From Actinomycetales bacterium (lineage in GTDB: Bacteria > Actinomycetota > Actinomycetes > Actinomycetales > Microbacteriaceae): a stretch of 64,000 bases of DNA. The translations under genes were made by a program, and so were the position numbers. The stretch's first letter is position 1. Every line of letters begins with the position of its first letter. The notes under the pieces were generated by a model, which was not told the origin of the DNA, searched no databases, and saw only the letters and a program-made list of their open reading frames with translations. The stretch covers positions 26,410 to 90,409 of the forward strand of contig JAATFA010000108.1 of NCBI GenBank assembly GCA_015655445.1, in the 5' to 3' direction. Shown here one piece after another: positions 47,485 through 55,376 of the stretch.

Positions 47485-48479
47485 GCGGCTACCGCCTTCT
47501 GGGCTCGGCGACGGAGGACGGGGGAGCTCGACGCGCGCAGGCGCGGGTCGACGAGCGGGTAGACGAGGTCGACGACGAGGCTCGCGAGCACGTAGACGCC
47601 CGCGACGACGAGCACGGCGCCTTCGACGACGGGGATGTCCTTGGTCTGCACGGCCTTCTCGAGCGCGAGGCCGAGGCCGTTGCGGGAGAAGATCGTCTCC
47701 GACACGGTCGAGTAGGCGAAGAGGTTGGCGACGATCATGCCCATGACGGTCACGCTCGGCAGGAGCGCGTTGCGCGCGGCGTGCGCGGCGAAGACGCGGA
47801 AGCGTCCGGCCCCCTTGGCCTTCGCGATCTCGACGTAGGGCTCGGCGTAGCTGCTGCGCAGCGACTTCGCGAGCACCTGCGCGATCGAGGCCGCGCCGGG
47901 CGCGGCCATCGTGACGCCGGGCAGCACGAGGGAGGCGAAGCCCGCGTCGCCCGCGGAGGGGAAGAGGTGCAGCCCGAACGAGAAGAGCTGCATGAGCATG
48001 AGGCCGACCCAGAACGTCGGCAGGGAGGCTCCGATCGGGGGCAGCGAGTCGAGGAGCTTGGCGAGCCAGCGCGAGCGTGTGTAGACCGTGATCGATCCGA
48101 GCATGACGCCCACGACGATCGCGATCGCGAGGGCGAACATCGCGAGCGCGAACGTGCTGCCGAGTTCCTGCCCGAGCAGCGTCGTCACGGGCTGCTTCAT
48201 CTGGTAGGACATGCCGAGGTTGCCCGTGATGGCGCCGCCGAGGGCGCGCACGTACTGCACGTAGATCGGCTGGTCGAAGCCGTACTCCTTGTTGATCTGG
48301 GCGATCTGCGCGGGGCTCGCCTCCACGCCGCCGTCCCCTCCCGCGATGAGCCGCGCGGGGTCGCCCGGCACGAGGTAGAGGATGACGAACGTGATCGTGA
48401 AGGCCGCCCAGATGACGAGCAGGGCCTGGAGCAGCCGGCGGACCACGTAGACCCAGCCGGAGCGTCGTGCGGCGTTCAT
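47481..48479 (-). CDS. Peptide-type ABC permease (DppB-like)
   Basis: VPGDPA, DQPIYVQY, AKAKG, HAARNALLP, LVDPRLR. Confidence 0.93.
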   Translation of the reverse strand: MNAARRSGWVYVVRRLLQALLVIWAAFTITFVILYLVPGDPARLIAGGDGGVEASPAQIAQINKEYGFDQPIYVQYVRALGGAITGNLGMSYQMKQPVTTLLGQELGSTFALAMFALAIAIVVGVMLGSITVYTRSRWLAKLLDSLPPIGASLPTFWVGLMLMQLFSFGLHLFPSAGDAGFASLVLPGVTMAAPGAASIAQVLAKSLRSSYAEPYVEIAKAKGAGRFRVFAAHAARNALLPSVTVMGMIVANLFAYSTVSETIFSRNGLGLALEKAVQTKDIPVVEGAVLVVAGVYVLASLVVDLVYPLVDPRLRASSSPVLRRRAQKAVAA

Positions 48480-49012
48480 CGTTCCTCCTCCGCGGGAGTG
48501 GTCGGGGTGGACGGGGCGGGCGCGAGCTGCGCATAGCGGCCGCGGAAGAACAGCAGGGGGTCGGCCTCGCGCTCGAGCGCCATGTCGAGGATCTCGGCGA
48601 CGACGAGCACATGGTCGCCCGCGTCGTACTCGACCTCGATGCGCACCTCGAGCCACGCGAGCACGTCGTCGAGCACGGGGTGCCCCTCGCCGCGGCTAGG
48701 GTGCCACGCGACGCCGCTCCACTTGTCGACGCCCGTGCGGCCGAACGAGCGGCTCGTCGCCTCCTGGTCGGCGGCGAGCACGTTGACGCAGCACGTGCTC
48801 GCCATGCGGATGAGGGGGAAGGTCGAGGACGTCTTCGCGATCGAGAAGGCGACGAGGGGCGGAGCGATCGAGACGCTGAAGAACGACTGGCACGTGAGGC
48901 CCACCGGCGAGCCGTCGCGCATCGAGGTGATGACGGTCACGCCCGAGCAGAAGGAGCCGAGCACGTCGCGGAAGCGCCGGTCGAAGGCGGGGGCCGCGGT
49001 GTCGATCGTCAT
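48476..49012 (-). CDS. Flavin reductase family protein
   Basis: FRDVLGSFCSGVTVIT, SVSIAPPLV, AGDH, PLLFFRG.Y. Confidence 0.93.
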   Translation of the reverse strand: MTIDTAAPAFDRRFRDVLGSFCSGVTVITSMRDGSPVGLTCQSFFSVSIAPPLVAFSIAKTSSTFPLIRMASTCCVNVLAADQEATSRSFGRTGVDKWSGVAWHPSRGEGHPVLDDVLAWLEVRIEVEYDAGDHVLVVAEILDMALEREADPLLFFRGRYAQLAPAPSTPTTPAEEER

Positions 49013-49536
49013 TCCTCGACCTCCTCGACGTCGGCGTACGGGGCGAGGATGCCGGGCACGGCGAGGTTGCGTGCCGCCCACTCGTCGAGCGCGTCGTCGA
49101 TCGTCCCGATCTCCGACATGAGGAAGGCGAGCCCGCGCGTCGGCACGGACGCGCCGAGCTCGACGAGAAGCGGCCGCAGCGTCATCTCGACGGCGAGCGC
49201 GTGCAGGGGCGAGCTCGCGGTCATCACGGGGATGGCGGTGACGCCCGCGAGCCCGTCGGTCGGATAACGGTCGAGGAAGGCCTTGAGCAGCCCCGTGTAG
49301 GTCGCCTTGTAGGTGGGGCTCGCGACGATGAGCAGCTCGCTCGTCCGCACGACGTCGGTGAGCTCCGCGAGGGAGTCGTTGGGCCACTGGAAGAGCACGT
49401 CGGCGTGGTCGGCGAGGTCGACGGTCGCCTTGCGTCGAGCGCCCGTGAGGCGCTCGACGCGATCGGCGAGGGCCTCCGCTACCTGGAGGGTGCGCGACCC
49501 CTTCTTGGGGTTGCCGACGAGGATGGAGAGATGCAC
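49009..49536 (-). CDS. NADPH-dependent FMN reductase (SsuE-like)
   Basis: VGNPKKGSRT, ASPTYKATYTGLLKAFLD, LRPLLVELGA. Confidence 0.92.
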   Translation of the reverse strand: MHLSILVGNPKKGSRTLQVAEALADRVERLTGARRKATVDLADHADVLFQWPNDSLAELTDVVRTSELLIVASPTYKATYTGLLKAFLDRYPTDGLAGVTAIPVMTASSPLHALAVEMTLRPLLVELGASVPTRGLAFLMSEIGTIDDALDEWAARNLAVPGILAPYADVEEVEE

Positions 49537-49835
49537 GAGAACCAGCCCTAGGACGAGCAGAACGGAATCTGACGGGCGACGACGGCGTCGCGGGAGAGGT
49601 CGTACGTTCTTGTGTCGTAGGACTGCGCCCCGGTCTTACCAGGGCGTCTTCATTGTCCCCAGAGCGCGTGCGCGTCCTCAAGCGCTGCGCGTTAACGGTG
49701 TGTAAAACCCCCGTTTCCCCGCCGTTTCCATCGGGGCCGCGGCGGTCCGGCGCCCCGCCGCGGTCGCCTGCGCGCGTCCCGAGAGCGGCTCGAGCGTGCG
49801 GGGGAGGTGCGGCCGAGGAGGGGCAGGATAGGACC

Positions 49836-50351
49836 ATGGCGACGACGACCGATCTGCTCCTCGACGCCTTCGGGCGCATCTCCGAGACCGTCCACGACGT
49901 GCTCGACGGCATCGACCCCGGCCTTCTCGGCTATCGCGCGGACCCCTCCGCGAACACGATCGCGTGGCTCGTCTGGCACCTCGCGCGCGTGCAGGACGAC
50001 CATGTCGCAGACGTCGCGGGCATGGATCAGGCGTGGACCGACGACGGCTGGGCCGAGCGGTTCGGCCTGCCCTTCCCCGTCCACGCGACGGGATACGGCC
50101 ATTCGCCGCAGGACGTGGCGGCGCTCTCGACCGTGTCCGCCGAGCTGCTCGTCGGCTACTTCGACGCCGTGCACGAGCGCACGACCGCGTACGTGCGCTC
50201 GCTCTCCGACGCCGACCTCGATCGCGTCGTGGACACGCGCTGGAACCCGCCCGTGACCCTCGCCGTGCGCCTCGTGAGCGTGCTCTCGGACGACCTCCAG
50301 CACGCGGGTCAGGCCTCGTACGTGTGCGGCCTCGCTACTCGCGCCCGCTGA
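49836..50351 (+). CDS. DinB-superfamily / mycothiol transferase-like protein
   Basis: ANTIAWLVWHLARVQDDH, TGYGH, LQHAGQ. Confidence 0.85.
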   Translation: MATTTDLLLDAFGRISETVHDVLDGIDPGLLGYRADPSANTIAWLVWHLARVQDDHVADVAGMDQAWTDDGWAERFGLPFPVHATGYGHSPQDVAALSTVSAELLVGYFDAVHERTTAYVRSLSDADLDRVVDTRWNPPVTLAVRLVSVLSDDLQHAGQASYVCGLATRAR

Positions 50352-50404
50352 GCCGGCTCGCGCGCGCGACGGTGGGCGGGCGACCGAGGGGGCACAATCG
50401 GAGG

Positions 50405-51019
50405 ATGGCCTCGATCCTGCACGGCATCCGCTCGGCGGTCGCGTGGTTCTCGCGCACGCGGCTCTTCCGCGCCGTCGGCCCCACGATCATGCCGCCGCTC
50501 GAGCGCGGCATGCGGCGTCTCACGGGCGGCCGCGTGCCGCTCAGCGGGCTCCTCGTGCCCTCCCTCGTGCTCGTCACGCGCGGCGCGCGGTCGGGGGTCG
50601 AGCGCGAGACGCCGCTCATGTACTGTCCCGATGCCGACGGGCGCAGCATCCTCGTCACGGGCTCCAACTACGCGCGCGAGCGTCACCCGGCGTGGACGGC
50701 CAACCTCCTCGCGCACCCGGACGCCGTCGTGCGCATCCGCGGCCGGAGCGTGCCCGTGCACGCGACGCTCGTGCCGGACGAGGAGCGCGAGGCCGTGTGG
50801 GCGCACATCGAGCGGCAGTGGCCCGGCTACCGGGGCTACGAGCGCTCGTCCGGGCGCACGCTGCGCATCTTCCGGCTCGAGCCGACGACGACGCCCGTGC
50901 CCTCGCCGTGGCCGACCGCGGCGGACGCCGGACGGGGCCTCGGCCGTGCGCTCGCTCAGGCGGCGGACGTCGCGCGCCGCTCCTGCAGCTCCTCGAAGAC
51001 CTCGGTGTTGAAGCGGTAG
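50405..51019 (+). CDS. Deazaflavin (F420)-dependent nitroreductase family (Ddn-like)
   Basis: LVTRGARSG..RETPL, GSN.....HPAW..NL.A.P, YERSSGRTLRIFRL; the tail overlaps the convergent hmuO. Confidence 0.88.
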   Translation: MASILHGIRSAVAWFSRTRLFRAVGPTIMPPLERGMRRLTGGRVPLSGLLVPSLVLVTRGARSGVERETPLMYCPDADGRSILVTGSNYARERHPAWTANLLAHPDAVVRIRGRSVPVHATLVPDEEREAVWAHIERQWPGYRGYERSSGRTLRIFRLEPTTTPVPSPWPTAADAGRGLGRALAQAADVARRSCSSSKTSVLKR

Positions 51020-51609
51020 GCGCGCAGCACCTCGTCGATGACGCGCTCGCGCTCCGCTTCGTCCCACGGCACGGCGTCGAGCTGGGCGCGGTAGGCGTCC
51101 TTGAACTCGCGCGGCTTGGCGATCTGGTCGAACAGGTAGAACCCCACGCCGTTCGTCTCGAAGCCGAACTGCCGCTGCACCATCGTGCGGATCACCTGGC
51201 CGCCGGAGAGGTCGCCGAGGTAGCGCGTGTAGTGGTGCGCGACGAAGCCGTTCGGCCACGAGGCGGCGACCTCGTCGATGCGTCGCGCGTAGCGCGCGGT
51301 CGCCGGGAGCGTGACGATGCGCTCGCGCCAGTACTCGCCCACGAGGAAGCGCAGGTCCTCCTCGATCGCCGGCAGTCGCGTGAGCTGCGGGGAGAGGAAG
51401 GGCGCGACGATGGGATCGTGCCGCACGAGCTCGGCACCGGCCTCGAGCGAGCGGTAGATGGCGTAGTGCTGCGAGACGAGGGCGATGTAGTCCTGCACCG
51501 TGCCCTTGCCGCTCAGCAGGTCCGCCATGAAGCCCGAGGTCTCGCTGTGCTCGTGGCCGGTCCGCGTGCGCTCGCGCAGTGCGCGCGAGAAGGGGAGGAT
51601 GTCGGCCAT
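50956..51609 (-). CDS. hmuO: Biliverdin-producing heme oxygenase
   Basis: LRERT...HEHSE..FM, AHHYTRYLGDLSGGQ, FY.F, FN..VF. Confidence 0.93.
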   Translation of the reverse strand: MADILPFSRALRERTRTGHEHSETSGFMADLLSGKGTVQDYIALVSQHYAIYRSLEAGAELVRHDPIVAPFLSPQLTRLPAIEEDLRFLVGEYWRERIVTLPATARYARRIDEVAASWPNGFVAHHYTRYLGDLSGGQVIRTMVQRQFGFETNGVGFYLFDQIAKPREFKDAYRAQLDAVPWDEAERERVIDEVLRAYRFNTEVFEELQERRATSAA

Positions 51610-51668
51610 GGCTGCTCCGTTCGGGTGGTGGTCAGGCGGTGGTCGCTCGATCGTCGGTGGGTGGTCGC

Positions 51669-51965
51669 TCAGTGGGGCCGCGCCGGCACGCCGAGGCGCA
51701 CGCACGCGGCCTCGTAGACCGCGACGACCTCGCGGCGGATCTCGGAGCGCTCGCGGATGGGGGCGCGCCACGGCACCGTGAGCTCGTGCCGGCCGTCGCT
51801 CGTCTCGTACTCCCACCGGCCCCCCGTCGCGTCGACGCCCGTCATGCGCGCCGCGACCGCGGCGGGGTCGCCGAAAGCGCGTGCGATGAGGATGTTGTCG
51901 TCCGTGTGGTCGCCGTTCATGTGGGCGAGCACGGCGTCGACGACGGCCGGCGGGAACTCGGTCAT
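51669..51965 (-). CDS. DUF2470 domain protein
   Basis: HMNGDH.DD, MTGVD..G; stand-alone, 98 aa. Confidence 0.85.
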   Translation of the reverse strand: MTEFPPAVVDAVLAHMNGDHTDDNILIARAFGDPAAVAARMTGVDATGGRWEYETSDGRHELTVPWRAPIRERSEIRREVVAVYEAACVRLGVPARPH

Positions 51966-52009
51966 GCGCCCACTGTAGCGAGCGAGGTCACGCGTCCGCA
52001 GCATTTTTC

Positions 52010-52028
52010 TTAGGTTAGGCTTACCGAA
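52010..52028. promoter_or_regulatory. DtxR/IdeR iron box TTAGGTTAGGCTTACCGAA
   Basis: 17/19 match to the consensus TTAGGTTAGGCTAACCTAA; between divergent heme genes. Confidence 0.9.
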
Positions 52029-53111
52029 ATGTTCGCCCGACGACTGCGCGCCCTCCTCCTCGCCGCCGTGAGCGTCACGGCGCTCGCGGCGTGCTCCGCT
52101 ACGCCCGCGCCCGTCCCCTCCGTGCCGACCGGGCACGCGACCGCGTCGGCCTCGGGCTCTCGGCTGCCGGATCCGCACTCGCTCACAGGCCCCTCCACGG
52201 CCCGCTCCGTCGCCGAGGTCCAGCCGCTCGCCCGCTCGCCGCGCGCCACGCTCCCCGTGACGGTCACCGACGTGCGCGGGCGCTCCGTCACGATCGCCGA
52301 CACGAGCCGCATCCTCGCGCTCGACCTCTACGGCACGCTTGCGGACACTGTCGTCGCGCTCGGGCTCGGCGACCGGCTCGTCGGGCGGGGCTCCTCGAAC
52401 ACCCTCGCCTCGATGGCCGACCTGCCCGTTGTGACGCACGACGGGCACGAGCTCAGTGGCGAGGCGATCCTGAGCCTGCGCCCGAGCGTCGTGCTCACCG
52501 ACACGACGCTCGGGCCGCTGAGCGTGCAGGAGCAGGTGGCCGCCTCGGGGGTGCCGGTCGTCTTCCTCGACCCGAAGCGCTCGATCTCGAGCACGGGCGA
52601 CCAGGTGCGCGCGGTCGCGCACGCGCTCGGCGTGGACGCGGCCGGCGACGAGCTCGCGCGACGGGTCGCGGGGGAGATCGCCGACGCGAAGACGCGCATC
52701 GCGGCGATGGCGCCCGCCGACCCGGCCCGGCGGCTGCGCATGGCGTTCCTCTACGTGCGCGGCACGGCCGGCATCTTCTTCGTGCTCGGCAAGGGCAGCG
52801 GGGCCGACGAGCTCATCGACGGGATCGGCGGGATCGACGTCGCGACCCAGGCCGGCATCACGGGCATCAAGCCCGCGACGAGCGAGGCTCTGCTCGCGAC
52901 CGACCCGGAGGTCATCCTCGTGATGACGGACGGGCTCGCCTCCACGGGCGGGGTCGACGGGCTCCTCGCACGGCCCGGGGTCGCGGAGACGACGGCCGGC
53001 CGCAACCGGCGCGTCGTCGACATGGCGGACGGGCAGGTGCTCTCCTTCGGGCCGACGACCGCCGCCGTCCTGCTCTCCCTCGCTCGCGCCGTGTACGAGC
53101 CGGGATCGTGA
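52029..53111 (+). CDS. hmuT: Heme ABC substrate-binding lipoprotein
   Basis: LAAC lipobox, GHEL..E.IL, AFLYVRG, iron box, heme context. Confidence 0.88.
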   Translation: MFARRLRALLLAAVSVTALAACSATPAPVPSVPTGHATASASGSRLPDPHSLTGPSTARSVAEVQPLARSPRATLPVTVTDVRGRSVTIADTSRILALDLYGTLADTVVALGLGDRLVGRGSSNTLASMADLPVVTHDGHELSGEAILSLRPSVVLTDTTLGPLSVQEQVAASGVPVVFLDPKRSISSTGDQVRAVAHALGVDAAGDELARRVAGEIADAKTRIAAMAPADPARRLRMAFLYVRGTAGIFFVLGKGSGADELIDGIGGIDVATQAGITGIKPATSEALLATDPEVILVMTDGLASTGGVDGLLARPGVAETTAGRNRRVVDMADGQVLSFGPTTAAVLLSLARAVYEPGS

Positions 53112-54220
53112 CGACGCCCCTGCCGCGCGTCGTGCGGGCCCCCGCGGTGCGCCCGGCTCCGTCCGTGCTGCCGCGGCTCGCGCGGCGCCGCATCGCGCTC
53201 ACGGCGCTCGTCACGGCGCTCGCTCTCGTCGCCGTCCTCGTCCTCTCCGCCGCGGTCGGGCAGTTCCCCCTCTCGCCCGAGCAGATCCTCGCCTCGCTCC
53301 TGCGGCGCGCGGGGCTCGCGTCCGCTGACCCGTCGCAGGCGTTCGCGGACGGCGCGCTGTGGAACGTGCGGCTGCCGCGGCTCGTGCTCGGGGCGCTCGT
53401 CGGCGCCGCGCTCGGGGTCGCGGGAGCCCTCATGCAGGGCGTGTTCGGCAACCCGCTCGCCGAGCCGGGCGTCGTGGGCGTCTCGTCGGGCTGCGCCGTG
53501 GGCGCGGCGGCCGCGATCGTGCTGCACGTGGACGTGCTCGGCTCGCTCACGGTGCCCGCGGCCGCGTTCGTCGCGGGCATCGCCGTCACCGCGCTCGTCT
53601 ACGCGCTCTCGCGCGCCCGCGGACGCACGCGCGTGCTCACGCTCGTGCTCACGGGCATCGCCGTGACCGCGGTCGCGAACGCGGCGATCGCCTTCCTCGT
53701 GTTCCTCGCCGACGCCGCGAGCCGCGACCAGATCGTGTTCTGGCAGCTCGGGTCGCTCAACGGCGCGACGTGGACGGCCGTGGGCACCGTGCTCCCCTTC
53801 CTCGTGGCGGGCCTTGTCGGCGCGTTCGCGTCGGCCCGCGGACTCGACCTGCTCGCGCTCGGCGAGACGGCCGCGCGTCACGTCGGGCTGCGCGTGGAGG
53901 GGCTGCGCGTCGTCGTGATCCTGTGCGTCGCGCTGCTCACGGCGGCGGCCGTCGCGTACGCGGGCGTCATCGCGTTCGTCGGGCTCATCGTGCCGCACCT
54001 GTTCCGGCTGCTCGTCGGTCCGGCGCATCGGGCGCTCGTGCCCTTGAGCGCGGTCGGCGGCGCGCTCCTCGTGAGCGCCTCGGACGTCGCCGCGCGCACG
54101 GTCGTGCCCTTCGCCGACCTGCCCATCGGGATGTTCACGGCCCTCGTCGGCGGACCCGTGTTCTTCGTGCTCGTGCGGCGCACGCTCGCGGGCGGGTCGG
54201 GCGGGTCGGGCGGGCGATGA
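53108..54220 (+). CDS. hmuU: Heme ABC permease (FecCD family)
   Basis: RLPR, NPLAEPG, FWQLGSL, FVGLIVPH. Confidence 0.9.
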   Translation: MTTPLPRVVRAPAVRPAPSVLPRLARRRIALTALVTALALVAVLVLSAAVGQFPLSPEQILASLLRRAGLASADPSQAFADGALWNVRLPRLVLGALVGAALGVAGALMQGVFGNPLAEPGVVGVSSGCAVGAAAAIVLHVDVLGSLTVPAAAFVAGIAVTALVYALSRARGRTRVLTLVLTGIAVTAVANAAIAFLVFLADAASRDQIVFWQLGSLNGATWTAVGTVLPFLVAGLVGAFASARGLDLLALGETAARHVGLRVEGLRVVVILCVALLTAAAVAYAGVIAFVGLIVPHLFRLLVGPAHRALVPLSAVGGALLVSASDVAARTVVPFADLPIGMFTALVGGPVFFVLVRRTLAGGSGGSGGR

Positions 54221-55281
54221 GCGTGGGGCAGCCGACGACGCACGAGGCCGCGAGCACGGCGGCCGGGACGCGGGGCGGGGGAGTCGCGTCCCGCGCAGCC
54301 GCGGCGGCCCCGGTCGCGCTCGCGGCGGAGGACGTGAGCTACGCCGTGGACGGGAAGCCGATCGTCCACGGCGTGAGCCTGCACGTGCACGAGGGCGAGG
54401 TGCTCGCCCTCCTCGGGCCGAACGGGGCCGGCAAGTCGACGCTGCTCGCGCTGCTCGCCGGGGACCTCGTGCCCGGCTCGGGGCGCGTGCTGCTCGGCGG
54501 GGTCCCCGTGAGCGGGATGGCCGCGCGCGAGCTCGCGCGGCGTCGCGCCGTGCTGCCGCAGAGCACGGCCGTCGCGTTCTCGTTCCCCGTGCGCGACGTC
54601 ATCGCGATGGGCCGCACCCCGTGGCGGGGCACGCCCTTCGCGGAGGACGACCCGGCCGCCGCCGCGGAGGCCGCCTCGGACGCCGACGTCGTGCCGCTGC
54701 TCGACCGGGACGTCACGACGCTCTCCGGCGGCGAGCAGTCCCGCGCCGCGCTCGCTCGCGTGCTCGCACAGTCGACGCGCGTGCTCCTGCTCGACGAGCC
54801 GACGGCCGCGCTCGACATCGCGCACCAGGAGCGCGTGCTCGCGATCGCGCGGGCGCGCGCCGTCCTCGGCGCGGCGGTCGTCGTCGTCCTGCACGACCTC
54901 AACCTCGCGGCCGGCTACGCGGACCGCCTCGTCCTGCTCGACGGGGGCGTGGTCGCCGCCGCGGGCGCGGCGCACGACGTGCTGCGGCCGGAGCTGCTGA
55001 GCGCCGTGTACGGGCACCCGATCGACGTCGTGCCGCACCCGCACGACGCGCGCCCGCTCGTGCTGCCGCGCCGTCTCGACGCCGCGGACGTCACAAATGA
55101 CACGCGTGTCACAGGTGTCGCAGGCGCCGATGATGACACGGGCGTCCCGGGCTCGGGCGGTGCCGCGCGCGTCACCGGCGTCACACGTGCCCCGGGCGGC
55201 GGGCGCCCGCCCGACGGCGTCACGGGTGTCACAAGCGTCACGGGCGGCGGGTGGACGCCGGACGCGCACGCGTCCCTTTGA
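54217..55281 (+). CDS. hmuV: Heme ABC ATP-binding protein with repetitive C-terminal extension
   Basis: GPNGAGKST, LSGGE, LDEPT.ALD..HQ, LHDLNLA. Confidence 0.9.
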   Translation: MSVGQPTTHEAASTAAGTRGGGVASRAAAAAPVALAAEDVSYAVDGKPIVHGVSLHVHEGEVLALLGPNGAGKSTLLALLAGDLVPGSGRVLLGGVPVSGMAARELARRRAVLPQSTAVAFSFPVRDVIAMGRTPWRGTPFAEDDPAAAAEAASDADVVPLLDRDVTTLSGGEQSRAALARVLAQSTRVLLLDEPTAALDIAHQERVLAIARARAVLGAAVVVVLHDLNLAAGYADRLVLLDGGVVAAAGAAHDVLRPELLSAVYGHPIDVVPHPHDARPLVLPRRLDAADVTNDTRVTGVAGADDDTGVPGSGGAARVTGVTRAPGGGRPPDGVTGVTSVTGGGWTPDAHASL

Positions 55282-55312
55282 CACGCCTTCGCGCTTGCCG
55301 ATACGCTGCAAT

Positions 55313-55331
55313 TAAGGTAAGCCTTACCTAA
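55313..55331. promoter_or_regulatory. DtxR/IdeR iron box TAAGGTAAGCCTTACCTAA
   Basis: Near-consensus 19-bp palindrome upstream of the HtaA gene. Confidence 0.9.
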
Positions 55332-55376
55332 ATCTCTGTCTCAGCCGAGGCGGAGCACACCCTTGGAGAGACCGAC

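Noticed and set aside
49540-49740. SAM riboswitch or Cys leader peptide before the monooxygenase operon
   Set aside because: I could not recognise SAM-I/IV core motifs or a convincing leader ORF by eye.
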